From the NCBI GenBank assembly GCA_046484865.1, contig JAWOID010000026.1, positions 1 to 46,308 on the forward strand: a stretch of 46,308 bases of DNA, written 5' to 3'. This DNA comes from Candidatus Krumholzibacteriia bacterium (GTDB lineage Bacteria; Krumholzibacteriota; Krumholzibacteriia; LZORAL124-64-63). The translations under genes and the position numbers were made by a program. The notes under the pieces are model-generated. The model saw only the letters and a program-made list of their open reading frames with translations, did no database searches and was not told the DNA's origin. Each line of letters begins with the position of its first letter. The first letter of the stretch is position 1. Positions 1 to 8,133 of this stretch are shown piece by piece.

Positions 1-138
1 GCACGGACCGAGGACATCGCGCAGGGGAAGGTGCGTCGACCCGGGGCCCGTCAGGGCACGGACCGAGGACATCGCGCAGGGGAGCGCGCGTCGGCCCGGG
101 GCCCGTCAGGGCACGGACCGAGGACATCCCGCAGGGGA
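1..138. repeat. 55-bp tandem repeat, about 2.5 copies, possibly continuing past the left edge
   Basis: GCACGGACCGAGGACATC(G/C)CGCAGGGGA starts at 1, 56 and 111; units 1 and 2 differ at only a few positions. Confidence 0.9.
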
Positions 139-657
139 ACTCACCGCCGCCTTCCCGCGCTTGCGCCGGGCGACGAACGGCCGCCAGAACAGCCACAGCC
201 CCGACGCCCACATGAGTAGCAGCACGATCGCGGTCGGCAGGAACAGTCCGAACTTGCCCAGATCGCCCCCGAAGAACGAGCCGTCGTGAATCGACTCGAT
301 GATGTCCGAGCGCCGGTAGGCCGTCTGCAGCACGCGGCCGGTGCCGAGGTCGACCTGCGCCTCCCAGCCGTTCTGCGCACGCACCTTCACCACGCCCTTG
401 CCCGGCCGCACGTCCAGCCGATCCACGTCCTCCCAGCCGGCCACCCCGAGTTCCGGCAAGTCCTGAACGCTGGCGAGGATCCCCTCCAGCCCGATCGCCG
501 GCACGGTGCCTGTCCCCCGGTGCTCCACCGGTTGCACCCAGGCCCACTGCTTCTTGACCTGCAGCAACAGGCCACTGCCGATGACGACGAGCACCGGCAC
601 CGCGACGACGACGCTGGTCCAGTAGTGGAACTTGCGGTTCAGCCCGTTGAAGCGCAT
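106..657 (-). CDS. PepSY-associated TM helix membrane protein (iron-regulated PiuB-like, short type)
   Basis: RKFHYW-TM-GSGLLL N-terminus, IHDGSFFG motif, C-terminal TM helix ending SGLWLFW; ATG at 657 with GGAGG upstream. Confidence 0.85.
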   Translation of the reverse strand: MRFNGLNRKFHYWTSVVVAVPVLVVIGSGLLLQVKKQWAWVQPVEHRGTGTVPAIGLEGILASVQDLPELGVAGWEDVDRLDVRPGKGVVKVRAQNGWEAQVDLGTGRVLQTAYRRSDIIESIHDGSFFGGDLGKFGLFLPTAIVLLLMWASGLWLFWRPFVARRKRGKAAVSSPAGCPRSVP

Positions 658-848
658 CGAGCCTCCGACCGTCAGCAGGCGGGCGATCATCGATCGCCGA
701 GGAGGTTACGGGGGGAGAGCCGATCCGAAGCTATGAACCGATCATCCGGCGGGCAAGGAAATCCGACCCATCGCCATCGGCCGGCCGTGAGGTCGGGACC
801 GGATCCGCCATCTCGATCGCCAGTGCCGCACCTCGCAGGGACCTTTTC

Positions 849-867
849 GATAATGATGTTGCAATTT
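849..867. promoter_or_regulatory. Fur-box-like site
   Basis: GATAATGATGTTGCAATTT matches 11/19 of GATAATGATAATCATTATC with one perfect 9-bp half; AT-rich island upstream of a PepSY-TM gene. Confidence 0.4.
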
Positions 868-887
868 CGTTGAGCGCCCGGTACAGT
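859..887 (+). promoter_or_regulatory. Putative sigma70 promoter for the secreted-protein pair
   Basis: TTGCAA (859-864), 17-bp spacer, TACAGT (882-887). Confidence 0.5.
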
Positions 888-1094
888 GGTTCCGGCCTGG
901 AGTGTTCGGGCATCGAGCTCGGCCCAGGTCCATATCGAAACGCATGTATGACCATCTGTTCACTCGAGGAGGCTTCAGAGCATCGGCCATGATGACGGGT
1001 ATACGTACAGCTCGTGCGCAACTCTGCCGCGGCCGAGCGATCTGTCAGCCCCCGATCTGCCAGCCCCGTGGATGTCCAGCAACGAGGTGATGCG

Positions 1095-1793
1095 ATGAGT
1101 TCCTTGCGCCTGTTGATCGTTCCGGTGCTCGCCGCGGTGCTCGCTGGGCCGGCCCTCGCCCAGTGCCCCGATTCCTACTGCTTCAGCTCCAACCCCCTCG
1201 CGGGCGAACTGCCCATGTCGCTCGGGCGCGCTTCCGAGGCGTGGTGCGACGGCGCCCCCGGGCAGCCCGGCACCATGTTGAACGTCCTGTCCTGGAGCGG
1301 CACCACGCTCGGAGCCGAGTGGGCGATCGCAGGGATGACGTCCCTCGGGGCGGTCGAGGTCGGCCGGTGGATGATGAGCGGGACCGGCTGGATCGACTAC
1401 GACACGAACTATGTCGGCGGACAGTTCTGGCTCTCGGGCGATCGCGAATGGAGTCTCGACGGCAACCCCCTCACCGGTACCGTGACGAGTTTCAACATCG
1501 CCACGCGCGTGACGTACTACCAGGGCGAGCCGGCGTCGGCGGCCTCGAACTTCTACGTGACGGGCGTCTTCGACGGCTGTGCCCACTGCGAACTGGTGAA
1601 CGGGCACGGCAATGCGCAGCTGGTCTGGCGGCCGGAGTTCACCGATCCGATGCCGGCGGACTATCCGGAGTTCCTCTGCCCGGTCGATTCCGGGGAGCTG
1701 TTCGACGTCTGCACGATCGACATCACGATCATGTGCGGCGGCACGGACGCAGCAGGCGGCACGTGGAGCAACGTCAAGTCCCTCTACCGTTGA
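1095..1793 (+). CDS. Secreted Cys-rich hypothetical protein with C-terminal TWSNVKSLYR tail
   Basis: GAGGTG RBS, ATG at 1095, signal peptide ending ALA|QCPD; paralog of 1874..2590. Confidence 0.85.
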   Translation: MSSLRLLIVPVLAAVLAGPALAQCPDSYCFSSNPLAGELPMSLGRASEAWCDGAPGQPGTMLNVLSWSGTTLGAEWAIAGMTSLGAVEVGRWMMSGTGWIDYDTNYVGGQFWLSGDREWSLDGNPLTGTVTSFNIATRVTYYQGEPASAASNFYVTGVFDGCAHCELVNGHGNAQLVWRPEFTDPMPADYPEFLCPVDSGELFDVCTIDITIMCGGTDAAGGTWSNVKSLYR

Positions 1794-1873
1794 TGGGACG
1801 GGGCTCGAGATCGACGACATCCACTGGAGAACGAAAGACGGGATCACTGCTCTCATCACACGAGGTCGATACC

Positions 1874-2590
1874 ATGAAGATTCTGGCGATCGCAATCATC
1901 ATCGGACTCCTGGCGGTCATCGCACCGCCCGCCTCCGCCCAGTGCCCCGACTCCGGCTGGTACCAGACGAGCGACGGCACCTTGCAGGCGGGCCGGCTCA
2001 GCGAGGCATGGTGCGGCACACCCGAGAATGCGGGTCAGCCCGGCAACACCGTCAACTCGATGTCCTGGGACGGCGGCACCCTCGGCGCCATGTGGCACGT
2101 CTGGGGCATGCAGGTCGACGAGAACGGCGCGCAACTCGTCGCCGACACGGTCGACGGGCTCGGCAACGGCTACCGCGACTACCGGACCGGCTACGCGGGC
2201 GGCCAGTTCTGGCTGAGCCGAGATTATCCCTGGGGGGCGTACAGTTCGGTCGATCTTACGGGCTTCGTGAGCTTCATGGACGTGAATGCGCGCGTCATCA
2301 TCCAGAGCGGCGTGGTCGTCGGCATCGACTCCAACGTGTTCCTGACGGGCTACTTCGACGGCTGCGCCGACGGTGACGGATCCCCCCGCTGCCTGATCGA
2401 GTTCGTGCTGGCGAACGCGTCGCTCGACTGGCGGCCCGGCTGGCCCGACATGCCCGCGGACTATCCGGCGCTGCTCTGCGGCACGCAGGGCGAACTCTTC
2501 ACCGCCTGCTGCATCACGGCGCTGGTCACCTGCGACGGCGTGTCCGCCGAGGGAACCACGTGGAGCGAGTTGAAGGCGCTCTTCCGCTGA
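1874..2590 (+). CDS. Secreted Cys-rich hypothetical protein (paralog) with C-terminal TWSELKALFR tail
   Basis: GAGG RBS, signal peptide ending ASA|QCPD; shares SEAWC, GQPG, GGQFWLS, FDGC, MPADYP and GELF with the upstream gene. Confidence 0.85.
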   Translation: MKILAIAIIIGLLAVIAPPASAQCPDSGWYQTSDGTLQAGRLSEAWCGTPENAGQPGNTVNSMSWDGGTLGAMWHVWGMQVDENGAQLVADTVDGLGNGYRDYRTGYAGGQFWLSRDYPWGAYSSVDLTGFVSFMDVNARVIIQSGVVVGIDSNVFLTGYFDGCADGDGSPRCLIEFVLANASLDWRPGWPDMPADYPALLCGTQGELFTACCITALVTCDGVSAEGTTWSELKALFR

Positions 2591-2776
2591 GCGCCGGCAG
2601 CCGGGACTGGAACCTCGTCGAGGCCGCTTCCCATCCGGGGCAGCGGCCTCGGTCGTCCCGGACGCATCGCGCCCCGGAGAACGCCAGTCGTCCGCCCTAT
2701 CCGCCGGCTCTGCCTCCACACACCAAAGGCCGCCTCCCCACCAGAGAAGACGGCCCTTGACAGGGGTCACACCATA

Positions 2777-3436
2777 TCAGCGATAGAGTTCCTTCACCGC
2801 GCCCCACGTGCTCCCGTCCGCCGGGATCGTGGGGTCGTAGATCTGAATCTCGGCATCGGCGCCCGGCACGCAGTTGGCCGCCACGTACGGACCCACCGGA
2901 TCGTCGGCATCCAGGTAGCTGACCGACCCCTCGATCGGCGAGAGCGTCGAGGGGGTGACCATGATCCAGCAGTTCTCGTGATAGCAGCAACGCGGCACCG
3001 GCTCGGTCGGCAGCTCGAAGCTGGTCACGCCTCCGATGAACATGTTGCAGGTGGCCAGCGCCAGCCGTCCGTTGTCGTCGACCGGCTGGGGCACGTCGTA
3101 CCGCACCCGGATATCGGCCGCTTCCCAGGTCCAGATGCTGGCCGGAGCCGCCGTTTCCCAGCCGAGGATCGTCGCCCCCTCGGTCGTGGTCACGCGGCAG
3201 TCGAACCCGCTGACGTTCTCGACCGCCCGCACGTTGCCGCCGTCGAAGTCCATGTTGTAGGGGCGCACCAGCCACAGCGTCATGGCGACGACCGTGTTGT
3301 TCTCCTGGAACTGGCAGTTGGGGCAATACGCGTTGGAAAAAGGCTCATACTGGAAGCTGATGTAGTTGTCCGCGGTGGTCTGGCCGGATGCGTTCGCCGA
3401 CACGAGGAGGAGAAGCGTCACGGTGAGGATACGCAT
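2777..3436 (-). CDS. Secreted hypothetical protein with C-terminal TWGAVKELYR tail
   Basis: AGGAGG RBS, MRILTVTLLLLVSANASG signal peptide, several Cys; body not visibly related to the two + strand genes. Confidence 0.8.
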   Translation of the reverse strand: MRILTVTLLLLVSANASGQTTADNYISFQYEPFSNAYCPNCQFQENNTVVAMTLWLVRPYNMDFDGGNVRAVENVSGFDCRVTTTEGATILGWETAAPASIWTWEAADIRVRYDVPQPVDDNGRLALATCNMFIGGVTSFELPTEPVPRCCYHENCWIMVTPSTLSPIEGSVSYLDADDPVGPYVAANCVPGADAEIQIYDPTIPADGSTWGAVKELYR

Positions 3437-3533
3437 GACTCGCCTCCTGACTTGAAAACGGGATTTCATCCCAGTCGAGAGGATACCGTTGCCGGCCAGG
3501 CGACGTCAAGGCCGCTCGCCCGGCCGGAGGAGG

Positions 3534-6257
3534 CTAGCCGACCTGTTCGCCCACGACGTCCGCCGCGGCGGCGACCACGGATGCCAGGTCCGCCGCCGTC
3601 GGCACCCCGCCCTGGGCCATGTTGGGCTTGCCGCCCCCTCGTCCGCCGGCTCTCGCGGTCAGCGCCTTCACGAGATCGCCCGCGTGGAGCCGCCGGGACG
3701 CGACCAGGTCCGGGGTCACCGTGGCGATCACCGCGGCCTTCCCTTCCACTTCCGCGGCCAGCACCACCACCCCGTTCTCGCCCAGCCTGTCGCGGGCGTG
3801 GTCGCCGAGTTGCATGAGGGCGTCGCGGCTTTCGGCGGTGACCAGGGCGGCCACCAGCTTCAGGTCCTGCACCGCGACCGGGCTGGCGATGGCGTCCTGC
3901 AGGGCGTCGCGGGCGGTCGCCTGCTGGACGCGGGCCAGGTCCTTGCGCAGCTGGTCGCGCTCGGCGATCAGTTCGGCGACCTGGCGACCCGGCGAGCCAC
4001 CGTCGCGGCGGAGCTGGCGCGCCACGTCGGCCAGCTCGGCGTGCTCGCGCTCGATCATCGCCAGGGCAGGCTCGCCGGCCACGGCCTCGATGCGTCGCAC
4101 GCCCGCGGCGATGCCGCTCTCGCTCACGATGCGGAAAGGGCCGATGTCGCCGGTGCGGAAGCAGTGCGTGCCGCCGCACAGCTCGAGGGACCAGGTGGAA
4201 CCACCGCTGTCGGGCTCGGCGGGATCCACGCGCACGCCCAGGGGCACCTCGATCATGCGCACGCGGTCGGCGTACTTCTCGCCGAACAGCGCCATGGCGC
4301 CGCGGGCGCGGGCCTCGTCCAGGGGCACGTCCTCGTGGCGCAGCACCGGCCGGTTGGCCAGCACCCGCTCGTTGACGAGCTGCTCGATGCGCGCCAGCTC
4401 GCCGTCGGATACCGGCGCGTCGTGGCGGAAGTCGAAGCGCAGCCGGTCGGGGGCCACCACGCTGCCCGCCTGCTCCACGTGATCGCCGAGGACCTCGCGC
4501 AGCGCGCGGTGCAACAGGTGCGTGGCGGTGTGATGGCGCATGACGGCGGCGCGGGCGGTCTGGTCCACGGAAAGCCGCACCCGCTCGGCGGACCGGAGCC
4601 GGACCACGACGTCCTCCCAGCCGCCGCTCACCACGCAAACCGACCCCTCGGGGGCCGAGAGCGTCGTCACCACCTGCAGATCCTCCCCCGCGGGCAGCAG
4701 GGTCACCGTGCCGACGTCGCCCACCTGACCGCCGGATTCGGCGTAGAACGGCGTCTCGGCCACCAGCAGGTGGGCCAGCGGGCGCCCCTCGGCGTCGGTG
4801 CCTGCGTCGCGCACGGCCAGCGGCTCGGTCTCGGCGGTGAGCCGATCGTAGCCCACGAAGCGATTGCGGTAGCCGGCGAGGTCGAGGTCGTCGCGCAGCA
4901 CCTCCCAGGCGCCGATCCCCTCCATGAACCGGACCTCGCGCCGGCTGCGGACGCGCTGCTCTCCCATCAGCCGCTCGAAGCCCTCGCCGTCCACGGTGAA
5001 GCCGTCCTCCTCGGACACCACGGCGGTGAGATCGAGGGGGAACCCGTAGGTGTCGTGGAGCTGGAAAGCCTCCTCGCCGGACACCACGGTGCGGCCCTCG
5101 CGCTTCATGCGCTCGCGCGATTCGCCGTAGATCTGCAGGCCGGCCGCCAGGGTGCGCAGGAACCGCTCCTCCTCCTGGCGGATCACCGGCAGCACGCGGT
5201 CGCGACGCTCGCGCAACTCGGGATAGGCGTCGCCCATCTCGTCGATGACGACCTCGGCCACGCGCCACAGGAACGGCTCCTCGAGGCCCAGCAGGTGCCC
5301 GTGGCGGGCGGCCCGCCGCAGGATGCGCCGCACCACGTAACCGCGCCCCTCGTTGCTCGGCCGCGCGCCGTCGGTGATCGTGAAGACCACGGCGCGGGCG
5401 TGGTCGGCGATCACCTGCATCGAGATCCGGTCGGCGCCTTGCGGCTCGCGGCCGCTCAGCTGGGCGGCGCGGCGCACGAGGGGCGAGAAGAGGTCGGTCT
5501 CGTAGTTCGACTCGGTCCCCTGCATCACCGACACCAGGCGCTCGAAGCCGAGCCCGGTATCCACGCTCTTCATGGGCAGGGGCTGCAGGGAGCCGTCCGG
5601 CTGGCGGTCGAACTCCATGAACACGTGGTTCCACAGTTCCAGCCAGCGGTCGCAGTCGCACACGCCCACGGCGCAGCCGTCGGGATGGCTGCAGCGGGCA
5701 GCCTCGCCCCGGTCCCAGTGGATCTCGGTGCAGGGGCCGCAGGGTCCGGTCGCGGCCATCGACCAGAAGTTCTCCTCGTCGCCCCGCTCGACGTCGCCCA
5801 GCCGGATGATCTTGCGCTCGGGCACCCTCACCTCGTCGCGCCACACCGCGAACGCCTCGTCGTCGTCCTTGTAGACGGTCACCCAGAGACGCTCGGGGTC
5901 GAGCTGCATCTCTCCGGTCAGGAATTCCCAGCCCCAGAGGATCGACTCCCGTTTGTAGTACTCGCCGAACGACCAGTTGCCGAGCATCTCGAAGAAGGTG
6001 TGGTGACGCGCGTCCTTGCCAACCTCCTCCAGGTCATTATGTTTGCCGGCGACACGCATGCACTTCTGCACGGAGGCGGCCCGGACGTAGTCCCTCCTCT
6101 CCAGGCCGAGCAGGACGCTCTTGAACTGGTTCATCCCCGCATTGGCGAACAGCAGGGTCGGATCGTCCTGCGGCACGAGGCTCGACGAGGGCACCACGCG
6201 GTGGCCGCGCGCGGCGAAGAAGTCGAGGAACCGGGAGCGGATCTCTTTGGCTTCCAA
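3534..6257 (-). CDS. alaS: Alanine--tRNA ligase
   Basis: DPTLLFANAGMNQFK, HHTFFEMLGNWSFG, GPCGPCTEI, DTGLGFERL, IADHAR, HTATHLLH, ELCGGTH, GGGKPNMAQGG; TTG start. Confidence 0.98.
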   Translation of the reverse strand: MEAKEIRSRFLDFFAARGHRVVPSSSLVPQDDPTLLFANAGMNQFKSVLLGLERRDYVRAASVQKCMRVAGKHNDLEEVGKDARHHTFFEMLGNWSFGEYYKRESILWGWEFLTGEMQLDPERLWVTVYKDDDEAFAVWRDEVRVPERKIIRLGDVERGDEENFWSMAATGPCGPCTEIHWDRGEAARCSHPDGCAVGVCDCDRWLELWNHVFMEFDRQPDGSLQPLPMKSVDTGLGFERLVSVMQGTESNYETDLFSPLVRRAAQLSGREPQGADRISMQVIADHARAVVFTITDGARPSNEGRGYVVRRILRRAARHGHLLGLEEPFLWRVAEVVIDEMGDAYPELRERRDRVLPVIRQEEERFLRTLAAGLQIYGESRERMKREGRTVVSGEEAFQLHDTYGFPLDLTAVVSEEDGFTVDGEGFERLMGEQRVRSRREVRFMEGIGAWEVLRDDLDLAGYRNRFVGYDRLTAETEPLAVRDAGTDAEGRPLAHLLVAETPFYAESGGQVGDVGTVTLLPAGEDLQVVTTLSAPEGSVCVVSGGWEDVVVRLRSAERVRLSVDQTARAAVMRHHTATHLLHRALREVLGDHVEQAGSVVAPDRLRFDFRHDAPVSDGELARIEQLVNERVLANRPVLRHEDVPLDEARARGAMALFGEKYADRVRMIEVPLGVRVDPAEPDSGGSTWSLELCGGTHCFRTGDIGPFRIVSESGIAAGVRRIEAVAGEPALAMIEREHAELADVARQLRRDGGSPGRQVAELIAERDQLRKDLARVQQATARDALQDAIASPVAVQDLKLVAALVTAESRDALMQLGDHARDRLGENGVVVLAAEVEGKAAVIATVTPDLVASRRLHAGDLVKALTARAGGRGGGKPNMAQGGVPTAADLASVVAAAADVVGEQVG

Positions 6258-6466
6258 GGTGCTGACCTGTCCTTGATCCGGGGCCTGGGTCGATGCATGC
6301 TCAGTTCCGGTGGTTTCCCGCCGATAGTCATAGCCGAGGAGCGCGGCTCCGCCAGAGGCGCGGGACGCGCGGAAGTGGGAAGTCTAACGACGGCCCGCAG
6401 GCGGGTCAACCTGCGCACCGGACCTCCGGCTGCGCAGCAACCGCCGCGGGCGCGAGGCAGCCTGGC

Positions 6467-6865
6467 ATGCGCCACCTGTTGCATGGACTCGCCTCGGCCG
6501 CCATGTGGGGCGTGTTCGTCTATTACTGGATCATCGTGCTGGGCCGGGAGATCGGCCCCTCGACGGTCCGGTCGCTCGCGATCCTCGGGGTCATCATCGT
6601 CCTGGGACTGGTGGTGACGCTCTTCTGGGTCCGCCACAACCTGCGCCTGGCCGCGCGTCTGAACCGTCGCCGCGACGCTCCCCCGGCACCTCCGGAAGTC
6701 CTGGAGCGCGACACGCTGGGCCGGCCGGTGAACGCTCCGCCGCTCGCGGAACTGCGGTACGCGCCGGTGGTGGACATCAGCGTCGCGGATGACGGGAGCA
6801 AGCTCTACATCCCCGTCGAGGAGGCCGCCGCACTCGCCCCTGCCCTTCCCCCGGGGGTGCGGTGA
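6467..6865 (+). CDS. PgaD-like two-TM accessory protein of PNAG synthase
   Basis: Two TM helices followed by WVRHN...RRR..PP, resembling the PgaD WxxYN...RR..P motif; stop overlaps the GT2 start. Confidence 0.6.
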   Translation: MRHLLHGLASAAMWGVFVYYWIIVLGREIGPSTVRSLAILGVIIVLGLVVTLFWVRHNLRLAARLNRRRDAPPAPPEVLERDTLGRPVNAPPLAELRYAPVVDISVADDGSKLYIPVEEAAALAPALPPGVR

Positions 6866-8133
6866 TGTCGGTCTACGACGCGATCGTGAACTTCGAGTCC
6901 ACGCCGCTCTACATCGGCCTGCTGGTCTACTTCGCCTGGTATCCGATCGCCAGCAGCGCCATGTGGATCTACACGTCGGTCATCTTCTTCGCCCGCCGGG
7001 AGGGCCGGGACAGCGCGCGCCAGGATGCGTTCTACGCGCTGGAGCATCATCCGCGGGTCACCTTCCTGATCCCCGCCTTCAACGAGGAGCGCAACATCGC
7101 CACCACCGTTCGTGGCGTGCTGGCGGTGGACTACCCGGACTTCGAGGTGGTCGTGGTGGACGACTGCTCCACCGACGGGACCCTGCGGGAACTGGAACCG
7201 TTCGTGCGCCAGGGACGCATCCGACTGGTGCGCAAGCACACGAACGAGGGCAAGGCCATGGCCCTCAACGACGCCTTCCCGCTGACCACGGGCGAACTGG
7301 TGCTGGTGATGGACGCCGACGCGGTGCCCGAGCCGTCCATCCTGCGCTACCTGGTACCGCACTTCCAGACCCCCCGCTGCGCCGCGGTGACCGGCAACCC
7401 GCGCGTGGCCAACCGCGATTCCTTCCTTTCCAAGCTGCAGGCGATCGAGTTCGCGAGCATCATCTCGCTGATGCGACGCGCCCAGCGCATCTGGGGCCGC
7501 ATCATGACCATGAGCGGCGTGGTGGGCATCTTCCGCCGCAGCGCCCTCCTCGACGTGGGGCTGTACAGCCCCGACATGGCCACCGAGGACATCGACCTCA
7601 CCTGGCGTCTGCAGCTGCGCCACTGGGACGTGCGCTACGAGTCGCGGGCGATCATGTGGATGCGGGTGCCGCAGTCGCTGCAAGGGTTGTGGCGCCAGCG
7701 CGTGCGCTGGGCGCTGGGGCTCAGCCAGGTGATCGCGCGCCACGCGCACAAGCTGCTGGCCTGGCGGCACCGGCGCTTCTGGCCGGTGCTGGTGGAAGCC
7801 TCGCTGTCGGTGGGCTGGGCTTACGCCTACGTGATCCTGTCGCTCGTCTGGATCACCAGCTACGCCGTGGGCTATCCGCCCATCGGCGCCTCGCCCATCC
7901 CCAACTTCTGGGGCATGCTCATCGCCACGATCTGCCTGCTGCAGCTGTTCACGGGCGTGATGCTGGATCGCGGCTACGACAGCAAGCTGCCGCGCTACTA
8001 CCTGACCGCGGTGTTCTACCCCCTGGTCTACTGGATCCTGATGGCCGTCATCACCGTGGTGACGACTCCGCGGGGCCTCGGGGTGAACCGGCAGAAGAGG
8101 AAGGTGACCCAGTGGAAGCCGGTGCGGGAATGA
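6865..8133 (+). CDS. pgaC: Poly-beta-1,6-N-acetylglucosamine synthase (GT2, PgaC/IcaA family)
   Basis: PAFNE, DDCSTD, GKAMALN, MDADA, AVTGNP, TEDIDLTW, QRVRW; N- and C-terminal TM helices. Start may be GTG at 6862. Confidence 0.88.
   Translation: MSVYDAIVNFESTPLYIGLLVYFAWYPIASSAMWIYTSVIFFARREGRDSARQDAFYALEHHPRVTFLIPAFNEERNIATTVRGVLAVDYPDFEVVVVDDCSTDGTLRELEPFVRQGRIRLVRKHTNEGKAMALNDAFPLTTGELVLVMDADAVPEPSILRYLVPHFQTPRCAAVTGNPRVANRDSFLSKLQAIEFASIISLMRRAQRIWGRIMTMSGVVGIFRRSALLDVGLYSPDMATEDIDLTWRLQLRHWDVRYESRAIMWMRVPQSLQGLWRQRVRWALGLSQVIARHAHKLLAWRHRRFWPVLVEASLSVGWAYAYVILSLVWITSYAVGYPPIGASPIPNFWGMLIATICLLQLFTGVMLDRGYDSKLPRYYLTAVFYPLVYWILMAVITVVTTPRGLGVNRQKRKVTQWKPVRE

Noticed and set aside
1..138. 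CRISPR array
   Set aside because: The intervening segments are near-identical rather than unique spacers, and no cas genes are in the window.
660..850. Cobalamin or c-di-GMP riboswitch upstream of the PepSY-TM gene
   Set aside because: Only a partial CCCCCGTAAC resemblance and generic hairpins; the other conserved cores are missing.
1163..1873. 475-aa ORF suggesting a frameshift fusion of the two paralogs
   Set aside because: Each paralog has its own RBS, signal peptide and stop; the extension is Arg-rich off-frame sequence.
3489..6617. 1042-aa + strand ORF
   Set aside because: Antisense shadow of alaS; high GC suppresses stops and no motifs are present.
6789..8129. N-terminal extension of the 948-aa ORF
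   Set aside because: Off-frame overlap with pgaC; the real gene starts at the ATGA junction at 8130.
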